A program made the position numbers and the translations under genes. DNA of 64,000 nucleotides from Octopus sinensis (taxonomy: Eukaryota): contig NC_043013.1 in assembly GCF_006345805.1 (NCBI RefSeq), forward strand, positions 58,342,001 to 58,406,000. Direction: 5' to 3'. Below, piece by piece: positions 1-11,657 of the stretch. The notes under the pieces were generated by a model. It saw only the letters and a program-made list of their open reading frames with translations, did not search any database and was not told the origin of the DNA. Position 1 is the first letter of the stretch. Every line of letters begins with the position of its first letter.

Positions 1-2473
1 CATACTGTTTTTCCATTATTTGTTGTCCTGATGGGTTTCTGTAGTTTGTTGTATTTTTCAGATCTTGATCTGTTCCGTAGCGAATTAGTTCAAACTTCTT
101 ATCATTGAACAACATGTTGTTTGTTTCCTGCCATTTATATATGGTGGTCAGGTCCTTTTGTAAGGCCTCTGTATCCACCTCGTCTTTGATTTGTCTCATG
201 ACCCTGGTGTCATCAGCAAAGGATGAGACGTTGCTGGTTGTATCTTCATCTATGTCAGAGATGAGGATGAGAAACAGGATTGGGCCGAGTACTGTACCCT
301 GAGGAACACTGCTGGTCACAGGTGATGGTGTTGAATGGGTTCCATTCACAGTGACTGTTTGAGTTCTATTTGTAAGGAACTCGTTTATCCATGTACCAAC
401 TTTTCCTCCTACTCCTAGCTTTCGAAGTTTGTGACCCAGGATGCCATGATCTACCTTGTCAAATGCCTTGGCAAAGTCGAGGTAGATAACATCTGTGTTG
501 TATCCATTCTCTAGATTTTCTAGGATTTGGTCATGGTGTGCCAGTAGTTGGGAAAGGCATGATCTACCTAACCTGAATCCATGCTGGTTGCAATTCATCA
601 GATTGTTGGATTCCAGGAACTCAACCAGTTTTCCACAAACTATTCTTTCGAAGACCTTGATAATGTGTGATGTCAGTGAGATTGGTCTGTAGTTCTTTGG
701 TTTTGATTTGCTATCCCCTTTATGTATTGGAGTTATGTGTGCTTCTTTATATGTATTTGGTATTTTGCCATTCTCCATAGATTCCCTCCATATCATGTAA
801 AGGGGTTTCGACAATTGTGCCTTGCAGTTTTTAAGTATCATGGCATTGAAACCGTCAGGCCCCGCAGCCGAGTGCATGGAGAGCTTGTCTATTGCTCTTG
901 CTATGTCTTCTGGGTTGAAATCAATGTCGGATAGGGTAGGTTTAGTATGGTCGATATCCTTGAAGAATTTTCCTGGGTCATGGATCTTCATGGTTTTAGA
1001 TGGCTCACTGAAGACACTTTCATACTGTTGACCCAACATTTCTGCCATTTCAATAGGGTTATTCACTACATCCCCATTTTGTCTCTGGAGAGGTCCTATT
1101 GTTGACTTGGTGTTCGAGTATTTCTTTGCAAAACTGTAGAAACATTTTGGATTTTTCTTGATGTTTTCTATGGCTTTCTTTTCTGCATTGTTACGTTCTT
1201 CATCATAGTGTTGTTTTAGATTGTCTTCTAATCTGTATATTTGGTCAAGGACTTTCTGTAATTCATGGTTTGATGTCAGCTTAGATGTTTTGTTTCTTAG
1301 TCTTGACCTTTTGCGCATCAGGATCTTTCGCTCCCGTGGTACAGGTTTTTTTGTGGACTTGGTTTTCTTTAGAGGAACATTTTTTTCACATATTTCTTCG
1401 ATCTTGTTTAAGAATTTCTTGTGTTTATCTGGCCCAGTAAGGTAGAGATCCCAGTCAATGATTTGTAACTGGTTGTTAATAGTTTCCCAATTTGCCTGGT
1501 GATAATCATACCTGCATAGCTTTGGCATGTCCTTTTGTTTAAGAGTTGTGGCATTGGGCTCATTACCAATGTGTAAATGCATTTCAATAATATTGTGGTC
1601 TGAAAGGATTGTTGGGGTTGAGTGAAGGTCAAATAGCGTGTCCTCGTTGTTGGTGAAAACCAAGTCGATCGTATTATTATTTCTTGTTGCTTCTGTCATC
1701 ATTTGTTTGAGGTATAATTTCTCTGTGACTTCCAACAGTTTGGCTGCCTGTATTTGTTCAGCTTTTGTCCCCAGTTTTAGTATGTGTCCATGTGGCCAGA
1801 TGATGTTAGGGAAGTTGAAGTCACCAAGGAGGATAATGTCTGGCATTGGACTTGCCATGTTTCCCAGAATTTGTTGGAGCTTCGTCAGTGGCTCAGTGAA
1901 GGATAATGTTGGGCTGTTTGGCGGTCTGTACATTATTGTTACAACTGTATTAAGTTGGATGATTTTTATGCACAGCAGGTTGCAGTAGGCATTTGATTCA
2001 TTGACAAGTTCTATGCATGCATAGGTATCATGGATATACATGATAACGCCCCCATGGGATCTGCCTTGTCTATCACATCTGAAGATTTTGAATCTATTGA
2101 TTGTGATTTCGCTGTTGCGGATGTTTTCGTTGAGATGACTTTCAGTAATTCCAATTATTTTGGAGTTGTTTTCTGTTGCTAATTCTTCCAAGAAAGGGAC
2201 TTTACACTGTTTTGTTTTCGGATAAAGACCCTGGATATTTGCTGTTATTATGCTTGTTGTACCGGATACATCTGCCCTATTGTTGGCAAGACTGTTGTAG
2301 TTGCTGGGACTGTGCTGACTGGATATTCGGTCTGCTGGGCTGTCTGTATTTGTTGTACGTGCCCTGTAAGTCCAGGTGTCAGCCTTTGTATCAATGTTGC
2401 CTGGTTTTGCTGAGTCGTCTGTATGGAGTACAGCTGTTGTTGTAGTTGGTAGATTATGCCTAAAAAACTGCTT
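1..2473 (-). CDS. LINE ORF2 (APE endonuclease + reverse transcriptase), CR1/L2-type; frame open to the window edge
   Basis: Manual translation of the minus strand gives 824 codons with no stop from 2473 to 2. APE motifs: IITANIQGL, IGITESHL, RCDRQGRSHGGV, MYRPP, LLGDFN, IDLVF, SDHN. RT motifs: AAGPDG, KNYRPISLTS, QHGFR, YLDFAKAFDKVDH, VPQGTVLGP, FADD. Absent from the ORF track, presumably because it runs off the edge without a stop. Confidence 0.95.
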
Positions 2474-2560
2474 TCATTCATTACTATATCGAATTTCTGC
2501 GAGTTTGGGTTTGTTACAGCTGATGTATGCAATTGAGTAGCATGATTTTCATTCGCTGTT
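2248..2560 (-). CDS. Probable C-terminal part of ORF1 of the same 5'-truncated LINE (Q/T/P-rich)
   Basis: Open frame (...SSFLGIIYQLQQQL...MYPVQQA*) overlaps the ORF2 frame and stops just before the APE start motif. It abuts an (AT)n/(AC)n tract at ~2560. No domain recognised. Confidence 0.5.
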
Positions 2561-3391
2561 ATATATATATATACACACACATATACACGTGTTTCTCTCT
2601 CTCTCTCTCTCTCTCTGTAAGCATATGTACGTATGCGTATTCATATATATATATACATATATGAATATATGCATATGTTTATATATGTTTGTTTATATAT
2701 GCGTGTGTTTGTTTGTGTGTGAATGTGTGTATGCATGCATACATGCGTGCATGTGCGTGTGTGTATATGTTTTTATATTTATATGTGCATGCGTGCAAGT
2801 TTACGCGCTAGTGTTTTTCTCTATATTTGTAAACGTTACGATATGACGAGATTTGTATCGAAATATCAATGCGATGCTTGTTGTAATTATTGTTAATAAT
2901 TCTAGTGATGTAATATCAGAAATGGCAGAATACCAGAATAAATGCCAGACTGCATAAGTCTGTCTTCCTTTCTTCTCAAGTTCAAATTTCGATTGAATCA
3001 TCTTCAGTTTCTCTATATCTCTCTGGTTCATTAAACAGCTTCCAGTTACATAGAGAGAAAGACTAAGTAATTGGTAACCCCTTCCTTTCAATCTTAAATT
3101 TTGGTTAACAATAAATCTGAAGGATTAATAATTATGGCATGATGAGACGAATTTCGGTCACCACTCTGGTTTATTTCTAGTGTAGCGTTGATTAGAAATA
3201 CCTTCTTTCCCCACAGACTAGTAACAGGTAAGTTAAATTTTTCCAAATAAATTTATCGTATTTTATAGTAGGTTTTTTAAATGCTTATATTATTTTATTG
3301 GATATAACTTTCTATGTGTATTCCATACAATAAGTTTATCTTTAAATAGGAATTCCAGTTCTATTGGCAAAATACCAAATTTGTAATAATA

Positions 3392-3449
<58 letters not shown>

Positions 3450-3451
<2 letters not shown>

Positions 3452-3700
3452 TGGTTGTCTACTCGCTATGCAGAGTTTGACTGCCTCGTGTACCTACACC
3501 TTAGAACCATCATTGCATCTGATGTGACTTTTAAAGCCAGACAATGTTTTGAAAAGACACCCACATAAATTGCTCCTCCGATTTGGACCACCAAAAGCTA
3601 CAAATAAGTTCCGACATTTGTGGATCTTAAAATGTCTCTTGAGGCCTCCGTTAGATTTGCAAGCCTTCTCGCACACATTGCATTGAAAGGTGTACGCAGT
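3450..3700 (-). mobile_element. Probable 3' fragment of an RTE-type LINE with two C2H2-like zinc fingers
   Basis: Translates to FQCNVCEKACKSNGGLKRHFKIH...LCGCLFKTLSGFKSHIRC, then a stop, ~45 nt of 3' sequence and a (TA)n tract. There is no TGEKP linker or splice context, so it does not look like a host ZNF exon. Confidence 0.55.
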
Positions 3701-3828
3701 CATATAGGCCAAAGAGTTAGAGGAGATTTGTACACCCTCCCCACACACACATATATATATACATATACATAAAATATTTATATAAATATTGATACCAGCA
3801 CACAGATATACACTCATACATACACATA

Positions 3829-3917
<89 letters not shown>

Positions 3918-6221
3918 ACAGGAGAAGTCTAATAAGTCTTTATATTGTAAAAGAGAAATGACAATTAATACGTAGCGTCTGCAGTCTAAGTTGACGTATA
4001 ATTTTAAAGTCGATCATCTCAGATTTCACATATGATTGCCAAATCTTTAATTACTGACCTAACTACTTGTAGCTCCTTTTGCCTAAATAACCACTTTTAT
4101 ATATTGGATCTTGTTCCAACTTTCTCGTGACCATAGATAAGCAATTTCAGGAGTGAAAGTCTTTTCAGACGTTATTAGGTTTTCGCCATCATTTTGCCAA
4201 AATTCTTCGTTTATATCCTATCATCGATATTAACTATTAGATAAGAAACTTCTCGCGCTGTCTTTGGTAATTTCTCCTCAATATTCATTCTACGCATGTT
4301 CTTGTATTCGCCATAAATTATTCAATTATATTCTTATAATTGGTCATATCTTACTGTCTAGAAACTATGATTGAGTATTTATTTCTTCGATCGAAACTCA
4401 ATCAGATCTCATCTGTAGTTTTATTTCCAGTGTTCAATAATATAAATGCTTTTAAGTTAATAGGATGAAATAAACAATTGTCTGCGTTAGAAATATTATC
4501 CTCGGGTCTTTACAAGGAAACGTAAATGGTTTCAGCGTCTATGGCATTCAGATTTTAGTAGACTTAACAAGGAAATTAGATTTAAAATCAGAAAAATGTA
4601 TGGCGCATTAAAACGATAACTGAAAATTAAGATATTACGAGGATAAGAAAGCCAGTAGTTAAGGAATAATATTTTTGTTGATAGACAACTATTCATAATG
4701 AACCCAGAAATGTTTCTTTCTTATTGGAACCATATTAGTACATTATTCCTGCCTCTATACAAGCCAAAATACCTGTGAAGGCAGTATAATTATAGAAAAA
4801 TTGTATCATTCATAAGTAAGTAATGCAAGAACGATATTGACATGAAAACACATAAATTTGTGCTAATTTATTAATATTGCGTCGAACAGACAACGTTTAC
4901 AACAATTTCGGGAAATACTGAGACGTGGAAGTCGACCATGTTCTTATTTTATACGCCTTCATAGATTATTACAAATGTAAAAGCCGACCTCGGTGAGGAT
5001 TTGAAACCGTATTGCTGGTATAATATTATTCACTATAGATATGGTTTTCACTCTACCACAAGCATTTTTAGCTTATGTACTTAAAGTTTGTTATTCACAC
5101 TGAACTAAATATTTCATATTATGTCTAACTCCGTATCAACTCTTCTTTCAATTCTAATTGTACAATTGTCTTCTTTATCAGTTAATCTTTCATGTTCGAT
5201 AAAAGAAATTGCAAAATTAATGGGTAACACTTCGTATGCTATGACAACGACTTCTTTCAAAAAAGCCATCGTTGTGTCAGGCCAAATATAGTCAACTGCT
5301 TCCCCAGCTCCATTTGTCTCTTATTATATACATGTCTGAATGTGTGTGAATGTGTGTGTACATATATAAATATACATATGTGTGTATTTGTGAGCTTGCC
5401 AGTGTATGTGAACGTATTTGAACCTGTGTGTTTGCGCTCACGTGTGAGTTGTCGTTCATAATGAGTGAGTTTTTTCCAAGCAATTGATCAAAAAGGAATT
5501 TTATTTGGAATCCTGAGCTGAATAAAAACGTCAATGTAATGGAAGAGTCACGTGGCATGCACTACCACTACCCGCATGATACACTACAAAAAGACCCCGG
5601 ATTACGCGGCACCACTCCATAACCGTGACATATTGGTAAAGCGTGAAACAACTCTCGTGCTTCAACTGTTCTCTTTTGTCCAGAGTTAGTCCAAGCCGAT
5701 TTGTTTGTTCCCATATGACCCACCACTAAAATATCAGTGATTTTATACGGCAAAGGGAATCAAATGCATTTTAATGCAAAGGTTCTGCGCCATCTCAAAA
5801 ATGCGTCTCGATACACATTTCGATAATAGACAAATGTTCAGAGTGTATCATCAAAAGTACAGGAAATTAGTTGAAATGTGTTTTATATTATTAAATTCGA
5901 AGTAATATCTTTAAAGTTCTTAATGTTTTTGGAAAACATCGGTAACATTGCAACATTACAAACGCAGTTCTCGGTGTATATACACATGTATATATATGTG
6001 TATATATTAATTTCATTAATTTCCTTTTAATTTCAATTTATATATATTCACACACACCCTAACCCTCAAGAACAAAAAATACAAATAATGAAAGCTTGAA
6101 ATGCAAGAGACACCGATACATTGAAGGATTTTTTTCCAATTATGTAACCAGCGCTTAAAAGTACAAAATACATAAACGACGACAATTCACAGAACTTTCA
6201 AGTCTAGAATGCCGGTAGCGG

Positions 6222-6620
6222 AAGCATTAGCAACGCAATTAAAGCATTAGCAATGGAATTAAAAGCATTAACAATGCAATTAAAGCATTAGTAATACAAG
6301 CAAAAGCATTAGTAATGGAAGTAAAAGCATTAGCAACTGAATCAAAAGCATTCGCAACGCAATTAAATACATCTACAACGCAATTAAAAGCATTTTCAAC
6401 GCAAATAAAACACATTAGCAACGCAATTGAAAAGAATTAACAACGCAGTTAAATACATTTGCAATGCAATTAAAAAGCATTAGCAATGGAATTAAAAGGC
6501 ATTAGCAATGCAAGCAAAAGCTTTTGCAACGCAATTAAAAACATTAGCAACGCAATTAAAAGCATTGGCAACGCAATTAAAAGCATTGGCAACGTAATTA
6601 AAAGCATTAGCAACGGAATG
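6222..6620 (+). repeat. Degenerate 21-bp minisatellite, consensus ~AAAGCATTAGCAACGCAATTA, ~19 units
   Basis: Units are directly visible; some are 20 or 22 bp. Confidence 0.9.
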
Positions 6621-6755
6621 AAACGTAAAGGATTGAATCGAACAATTCGTTTTTGCAACAAACCCGTGTAACAGTCAAATGCACTATTTTCAGGTTCCCC
6701 AACAGCCTGACTTTCAGAGTAATAACATTAGATTAGATATAATCACCATAGGACA

Positions 6756-6924
6756 GGGTAAGTCGATTACATCGACCCCAGTGCTCAAGTGGTACTTCAT
6801 TTTATCGAACCTGAAAGGAAAAAGGTTAATGTCGACCTCATCCGAATTTGAACTCAGAACATAAAGGTGGACGAAATGCTGCTAAGCATTTTGCCTGGCG
6901 CAGAAACGGTTCTGCCAGTCCGCC
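6756..6924 (-). mobile_element. tRNA-derived SINE (same family as 63636-63870), decayed
   Basis: Reverse complement matches the head of the 63636 copy (GCTGGCAGAA..., TTCTGAGTTCAAATTC) and its body (TGGGGTCGATGTAATCGAC). Confidence 0.8.
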
Positions 6925-7359
6925 AACTTTTGTCTATATTCACAACTAAAAGATTCAGTTTTGAAAGAAACTACTGAAACGTACCTCACCAGGTTATCAA
7001 AATTATATTGTAATCTGGATATTTACCGCCTTCGAAGAGATACTTCCTGAGATGTGTGACTTTTTAAGGAACTACAAATTTCATCAAGACAGTATGCATT
7101 GTGTTACACTTATTGATGATAAAGGAATTTCCCGAAACGTGAAGGTTTGAAATAAGAAACAGGATAGGTACTAATACAGACATTTGGAACTTTATCTTGT
7201 GTAGCTGCACCTCACCAGGTGTCTTGCTTGAAAGAAGTTACCTCATTAAATATACTCGCTTTCATTTGACATGTTGTTGACAGTAGGTTGTTAAAACCAG
7301 GATACCTGATACTATGCATCTGCACCGGAGGATGCATAACAACCAGTTGTACAGTATCC

Positions 7360-7404
7360 CACCCGCAAGAGATCAATAGAAAATGGGTCGAAACGATCGT
7401 AGTG
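7360..7404 (+). ncRNA. Decayed hammerhead-like motif
   Basis: CAC-[CCGCAAGA, mutated core]-GATC...GGTC-GAAAC-GATC-GTA-GTG. Stem III palindrome ACGATCGT is identical to the 14012 motif. Confidence 0.35.
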
Positions 7405-7775
7405 ATGAATAAGGATTCTCATGAACTCTGTTTTCCATTTCCCTCATTCATTATAAAGTAAAGGAGCAGTGTGGAATTGTGAGGTAGATCCAGTGACATA
7501 TGAAAACTGTGTATGACATCAGGTTCCTAACCAGTGGAAGTGTTTTAATCAGCATACTACTCCCCATATACCCAAAGTCCAAATAAGTACTTACTTATAC
7601 ATACACACACACACAAATGTGTAAATACGCACGCACACACATAGATGCATTTATATGGATATTTATACAGAAAGTGGGATGTTTGATTACATGCATCAGT
7701 CAATCTATCTCTAGCCATGTCTACCTATCCATCTACACTCACACATATCTCTATATGCGTATGTATGTATGTATG

Positions 7776-7809
<34 letters not shown>

Positions 7810-8619
7810 TGTATGTATGTATGTATGTATGTATGTGTGTATGTATAATTATGTATGTGCGTTTGTATTTATGCATTAAGTAACCATTTGTGTACACGAC
7901 AATAATATACTGTCGTTTGAAAACAACGAATTCCATTTTCGATCGAGAGAGGAACACATCAGTCAGGCACATTTTGACCGTTTCAATCTCACATTAATGT
8001 TTCTAATATATAAAATATAACTTCTTTCTTTACAACTATTCAACACACACACACACACACACAAACACACATACACATATACACACACTCAAAGAGCAGA
8101 AACATTATTTATAAAGTACCCTGCCATTTCAATCATGCTGCATTTCTTTTCTAAAGCTATGAACAATCTAAGTTTAATATAAATGTGTCCAATACCCAGG
8201 ATATATTACAAAACCATTACTCAGGAACACAATACATGCAGTAGAATAGGTCACGAACTCTTGACCCAGGAATAAAATGAACCAGTCTACCAGATTTTCG
8301 ACTAGTTTCATAGAAATCCCAGTGTTAAAAACATAGAGAAAGAAATTCAAAACACACACACACAAAATAAAAAGCGAAATTCTTCCTGTTAAAATGAGAT
8401 TTCATAAAGAGAACACAATAAAGGTATAGAATACAAATACTTGGTAATGCTGCAGACAATATTGGTGCCAAAATTGGCAATAAAAGATATTTCGACCAAA
8501 TAAATACGCCAGAGAGAGACAAATAATACATCAGTTGCTTTAGTTGCCTTCATCGTTCGTTATTTTCCCTCTCAGTAAACCCGACCTAAATTATTTACAA
8601 TAGGTACGTTTGTGAGCAG

Positions 8620-8653
<34 letters not shown>

Positions 8654-9892
8654 AGTATAACAGGTACATCTGTGTAACGGTTTGTGAATGCATTTACACA
8701 CGCACACTTACAAACGCACATTTATACACACATATGCAAAAATATATACACGCGTGCGTATTTGTGTGTACACACACTCACACATATATATATGTGTGTA
8801 TTTATTTATATATATATATATATACATGTTTGATTGAAATGAGTATATGTGTGTATATATCACACAACTGAAGAGAGGGTGATGGAGAAACAGGCATATA
8901 TAAAATAGTTTTATAAGTGTATGTATACGTGTATACATCTCCACTTCACATGTAAATATATGATGGGTAAGTGCGTGCGTGTCATTGTATGTACAATCAT
9001 ACGTACTACCACATCAATTGGAAAAAGAAAGAGCGCTAATACAAACAATTCTCAGGAAATTTCACAATCGTACACCACACTTGATATACTGGAAACAGAA
9101 ACAGCAATTCTCCAATCATTTTTAGCTTCAAAGAAAAATACTTTGAACAACAGTGAGAAGACGAAATGAAAATCTCTGAAAAATCTGTCAACGTTTTCCT
9201 GTTAATCACCTATGTACGAGTATTTTCTCTGCTTATTTACGAAACCACATCTCAAAGAACACAACTCTCAAATGAGAATTTTCTGTAAATAAAAATATTT
9301 TCACTGAACCAAATAAATAAAAGATTTTTCTGAACCCAAACATTTCCTAAATAAAGAATTATGTGGAAGTATTAAAAACTAAATCATAGCTTTTGCCTTG
9401 TGATTAAGAAAGCCTCTTTGTAACAAACTGATCCCAGTTTCAATCCTATCACACAATGCCTTACGCTGGTCTTGAAGTAGTTAAGAGAGAATTACATATG
9501 TTTGTAATTAATGTGAGTCAATATTGGTTCTGTGAAAAACAATATGAGAGAACTGAAATTTGATATGTGGTCATTGTGTTGTTTCACCCCAGGTTAGCCG
9601 TGATGAACCAGATATGATGAAAGCCATTCCATCACTATTGCGTATATTTTCTATATCTTGGGCGACATTACCATATTATCCGTTCCTGTGCTGTTTTTAA
9701 AACTCTTGTTTAGGACAGGGAGCAAATTATTGTAATCCAGGTAACTAGTAGGAGACCCCAATTAGCGTGTTAATTTATCGCAAATTAATCAGGATTTACT
9801 TTACCGTGGAATTTTATGTAGTTGGCGTAGTTGCATTTTTACTGCTGCTGATGCTACTACTATCGATAATCATTAATGCAGTTAGTCATTTA

Positions 9893-11133
9893 CAGACATG
9901 ACAGAAGTAAATAGACAACCTTATAATCGTTAAAATTTATTTAAATCTGAAATTATGCATTCAAATTATTTGTTAATTATTATAATGTGAATATCTAATA
10001 TTTAGTAGACATGAGCTTTGCATTATTTTAGTGCAAGGACCCTATTAGACATTCTACTGATCAAATGGCGAATATTCTCTTAACGAATTTCATGCCATGT
10101 TTCATGCAATAGTCTCAAAATATCCGAACCTGAGGATATTTTCTTGTTCTTTTTACGGAGTGTCCTGTCCATTTTGCACCAGCGGTGTTCACTAGGGCTC
10201 ATCTGGTGACTGACTTGGCCATGGAAGCTTTCTAATGCCATTCTCTTCAAACCAATCTTGGGTCTTTTAAGCTATATGAAAATCTTCATCTACCACAAAG
10301 AGCGAGTTTTCTTTAATAATTTCACCATTGTAGAAGATTGGGAGGCGCCCTTTCTGCAATATGGACCCATATTTATCTGAGTTTATTTTTCTCTCATACT
10401 CCACCAGCTCTGATCGACCATTGCTCCAAATTGCTCCGCAGACCATCACAGAATGGCCACCACGTTCCATTGTTGGCTGCAACTTTTTCACATCAGTTTC
10501 TTGGTCAGTCTCCAGGCCCACACTCGATTACTGTCAGGAAGTACAGCAAATCTGGATTCATCAGAGAATATGGCAGTGTCTCAAAATGCTAATGACCTCT
10601 GCACCATCTCACTGGCCCAAACTTTTTTCCGTTTCACATTGGCTGGTTGAAGAAGTGGCTTCCTTCTTGCTGCTCTGCTATAGTAGCCAAGTTTGCGAAG
10701 ATACCTGACAGCTGATCGGGGACTGATATCAAGATGTTTGGCTATGCTATAGGTCTTGCAACGAGGTTTATACTCCACGCTTCTCTTAACAATTTGAAAG
10801 GTTTGTTAAAGGGCCCTGGTCGATCAGGACAATGTGGTGTGGACTCCTTTCCTTCTCTGGAGAATTGTACAATCACTCTGTTAACTGTAGAAGGTGGGAT
10901 CCCAATATTTCCTGTGATTTTACGTTGACTAAGTCCACCTTCAAATTAACCCACAATACGGCCTCTTGGAGTTTCGGTCAGTTCCAAGGTTTCTCTTGTA
11001 TGTGGACATGATTAAACAGTCACATAGAGACCCTGAAACATAAAAAGTCAATTAATAAACAATGAAAACCTTTTTAAGTTAAAATAAACATAACGATGTT
11101 TTATGGGGTGTCTATTTACTTCTCTCATGTCTG
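9893..11133 (-). mobile_element. Tc1-like DNA transposon with terminal inverted repeats
   Basis: Left end TA|CAGACATGACAGAAGTAAATAGACAACC (9893). Right end reverse-complements to CAGACATGAGAGAAGTAAATAGACACCC (11133). A transposase remnant lies inside. Confidence 0.9.
10060..11009 (-). pseudogene. Tc1-family transposase pseudogene
   Basis: Paired-like HTH ([22 protein letters not shown]...[11 protein letters not shown]), RRKPLL, IFSDESRF, MVCGAIW and WPSQSPD motifs, with multiple stops and frameshifts. Confidence 0.9.
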
Positions 11134-11498
11134 TGTGCATTGTTCTTTTTCATCTGTTTTTATATAACATAATTTGAAATATCTGGAAGTGTTTAACTCT
11201 CACCTCTTATTGCTTAACAAAATGTGTATTCTGTTGTTCTATTATCAGTACAATATAAAGCTATCAGCATATACAAACGACACGTCCATCAACCTTCTCA
11301 TGTGTATTATTTAAGAGAATCACCCCAGAGAGTCATATGCGCAACTCTAGTAACCCATCAGAAAGCTTAGGGCAAATCAACGTCGGATCTTTTTGTTTGT
11401 GATCGCACAACCAGATGAAGACTACAGCCCAACCTCAGTCAAATTACAGCTAAAATCTAAATAATAAACCAAACATATAAATAAATGTGATCTTACGT

Positions 11499-11657
11499 TT
11501 TTTACTTTTTACTTTTCTCAGTCATTAAACTGCGGCCATGCTGGGACACCACCTTGGAAAAATTTTAGTAGAAAGAATCGTCTCCAGAACTTATTTGATT
11601 TTTAAGCCTTTGGTTTGACCAATACTATAGCAGAAGACACTTGCCCAAGGTCCCACG
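11499..11657 (-). mobile_element. SINE (second family), internally deleted, 3' tail preserved
   Basis: Minus strand reads ...CCTTGGGCAAGTGTCTTCTGCTATAG...AAGGTGGTGTCCCAGCATGGCCGCAGTTTAATGACTGAGAAAAGTAAAAAGTAAAAA. The same tail occurs at 20330-20400. Confidence 0.75.

Noticed and set aside
5560-5760. Relatively GC-rich stretch with two open minus-strand frames, possible exon
   Set aside because: No recognisable protein motif or convincing splice pair; needs RNA-seq.
6222-6620. CRISPR-like interpretation of the periodic repeat
   Set aside because: No unique spacers, eukaryotic context and no cas genes.
7108-7146. TTGATGA...GAAACGTG hammerhead-like string
   Set aside because: C3 mutated, G at the cleavage position and poor stems; too degenerate.
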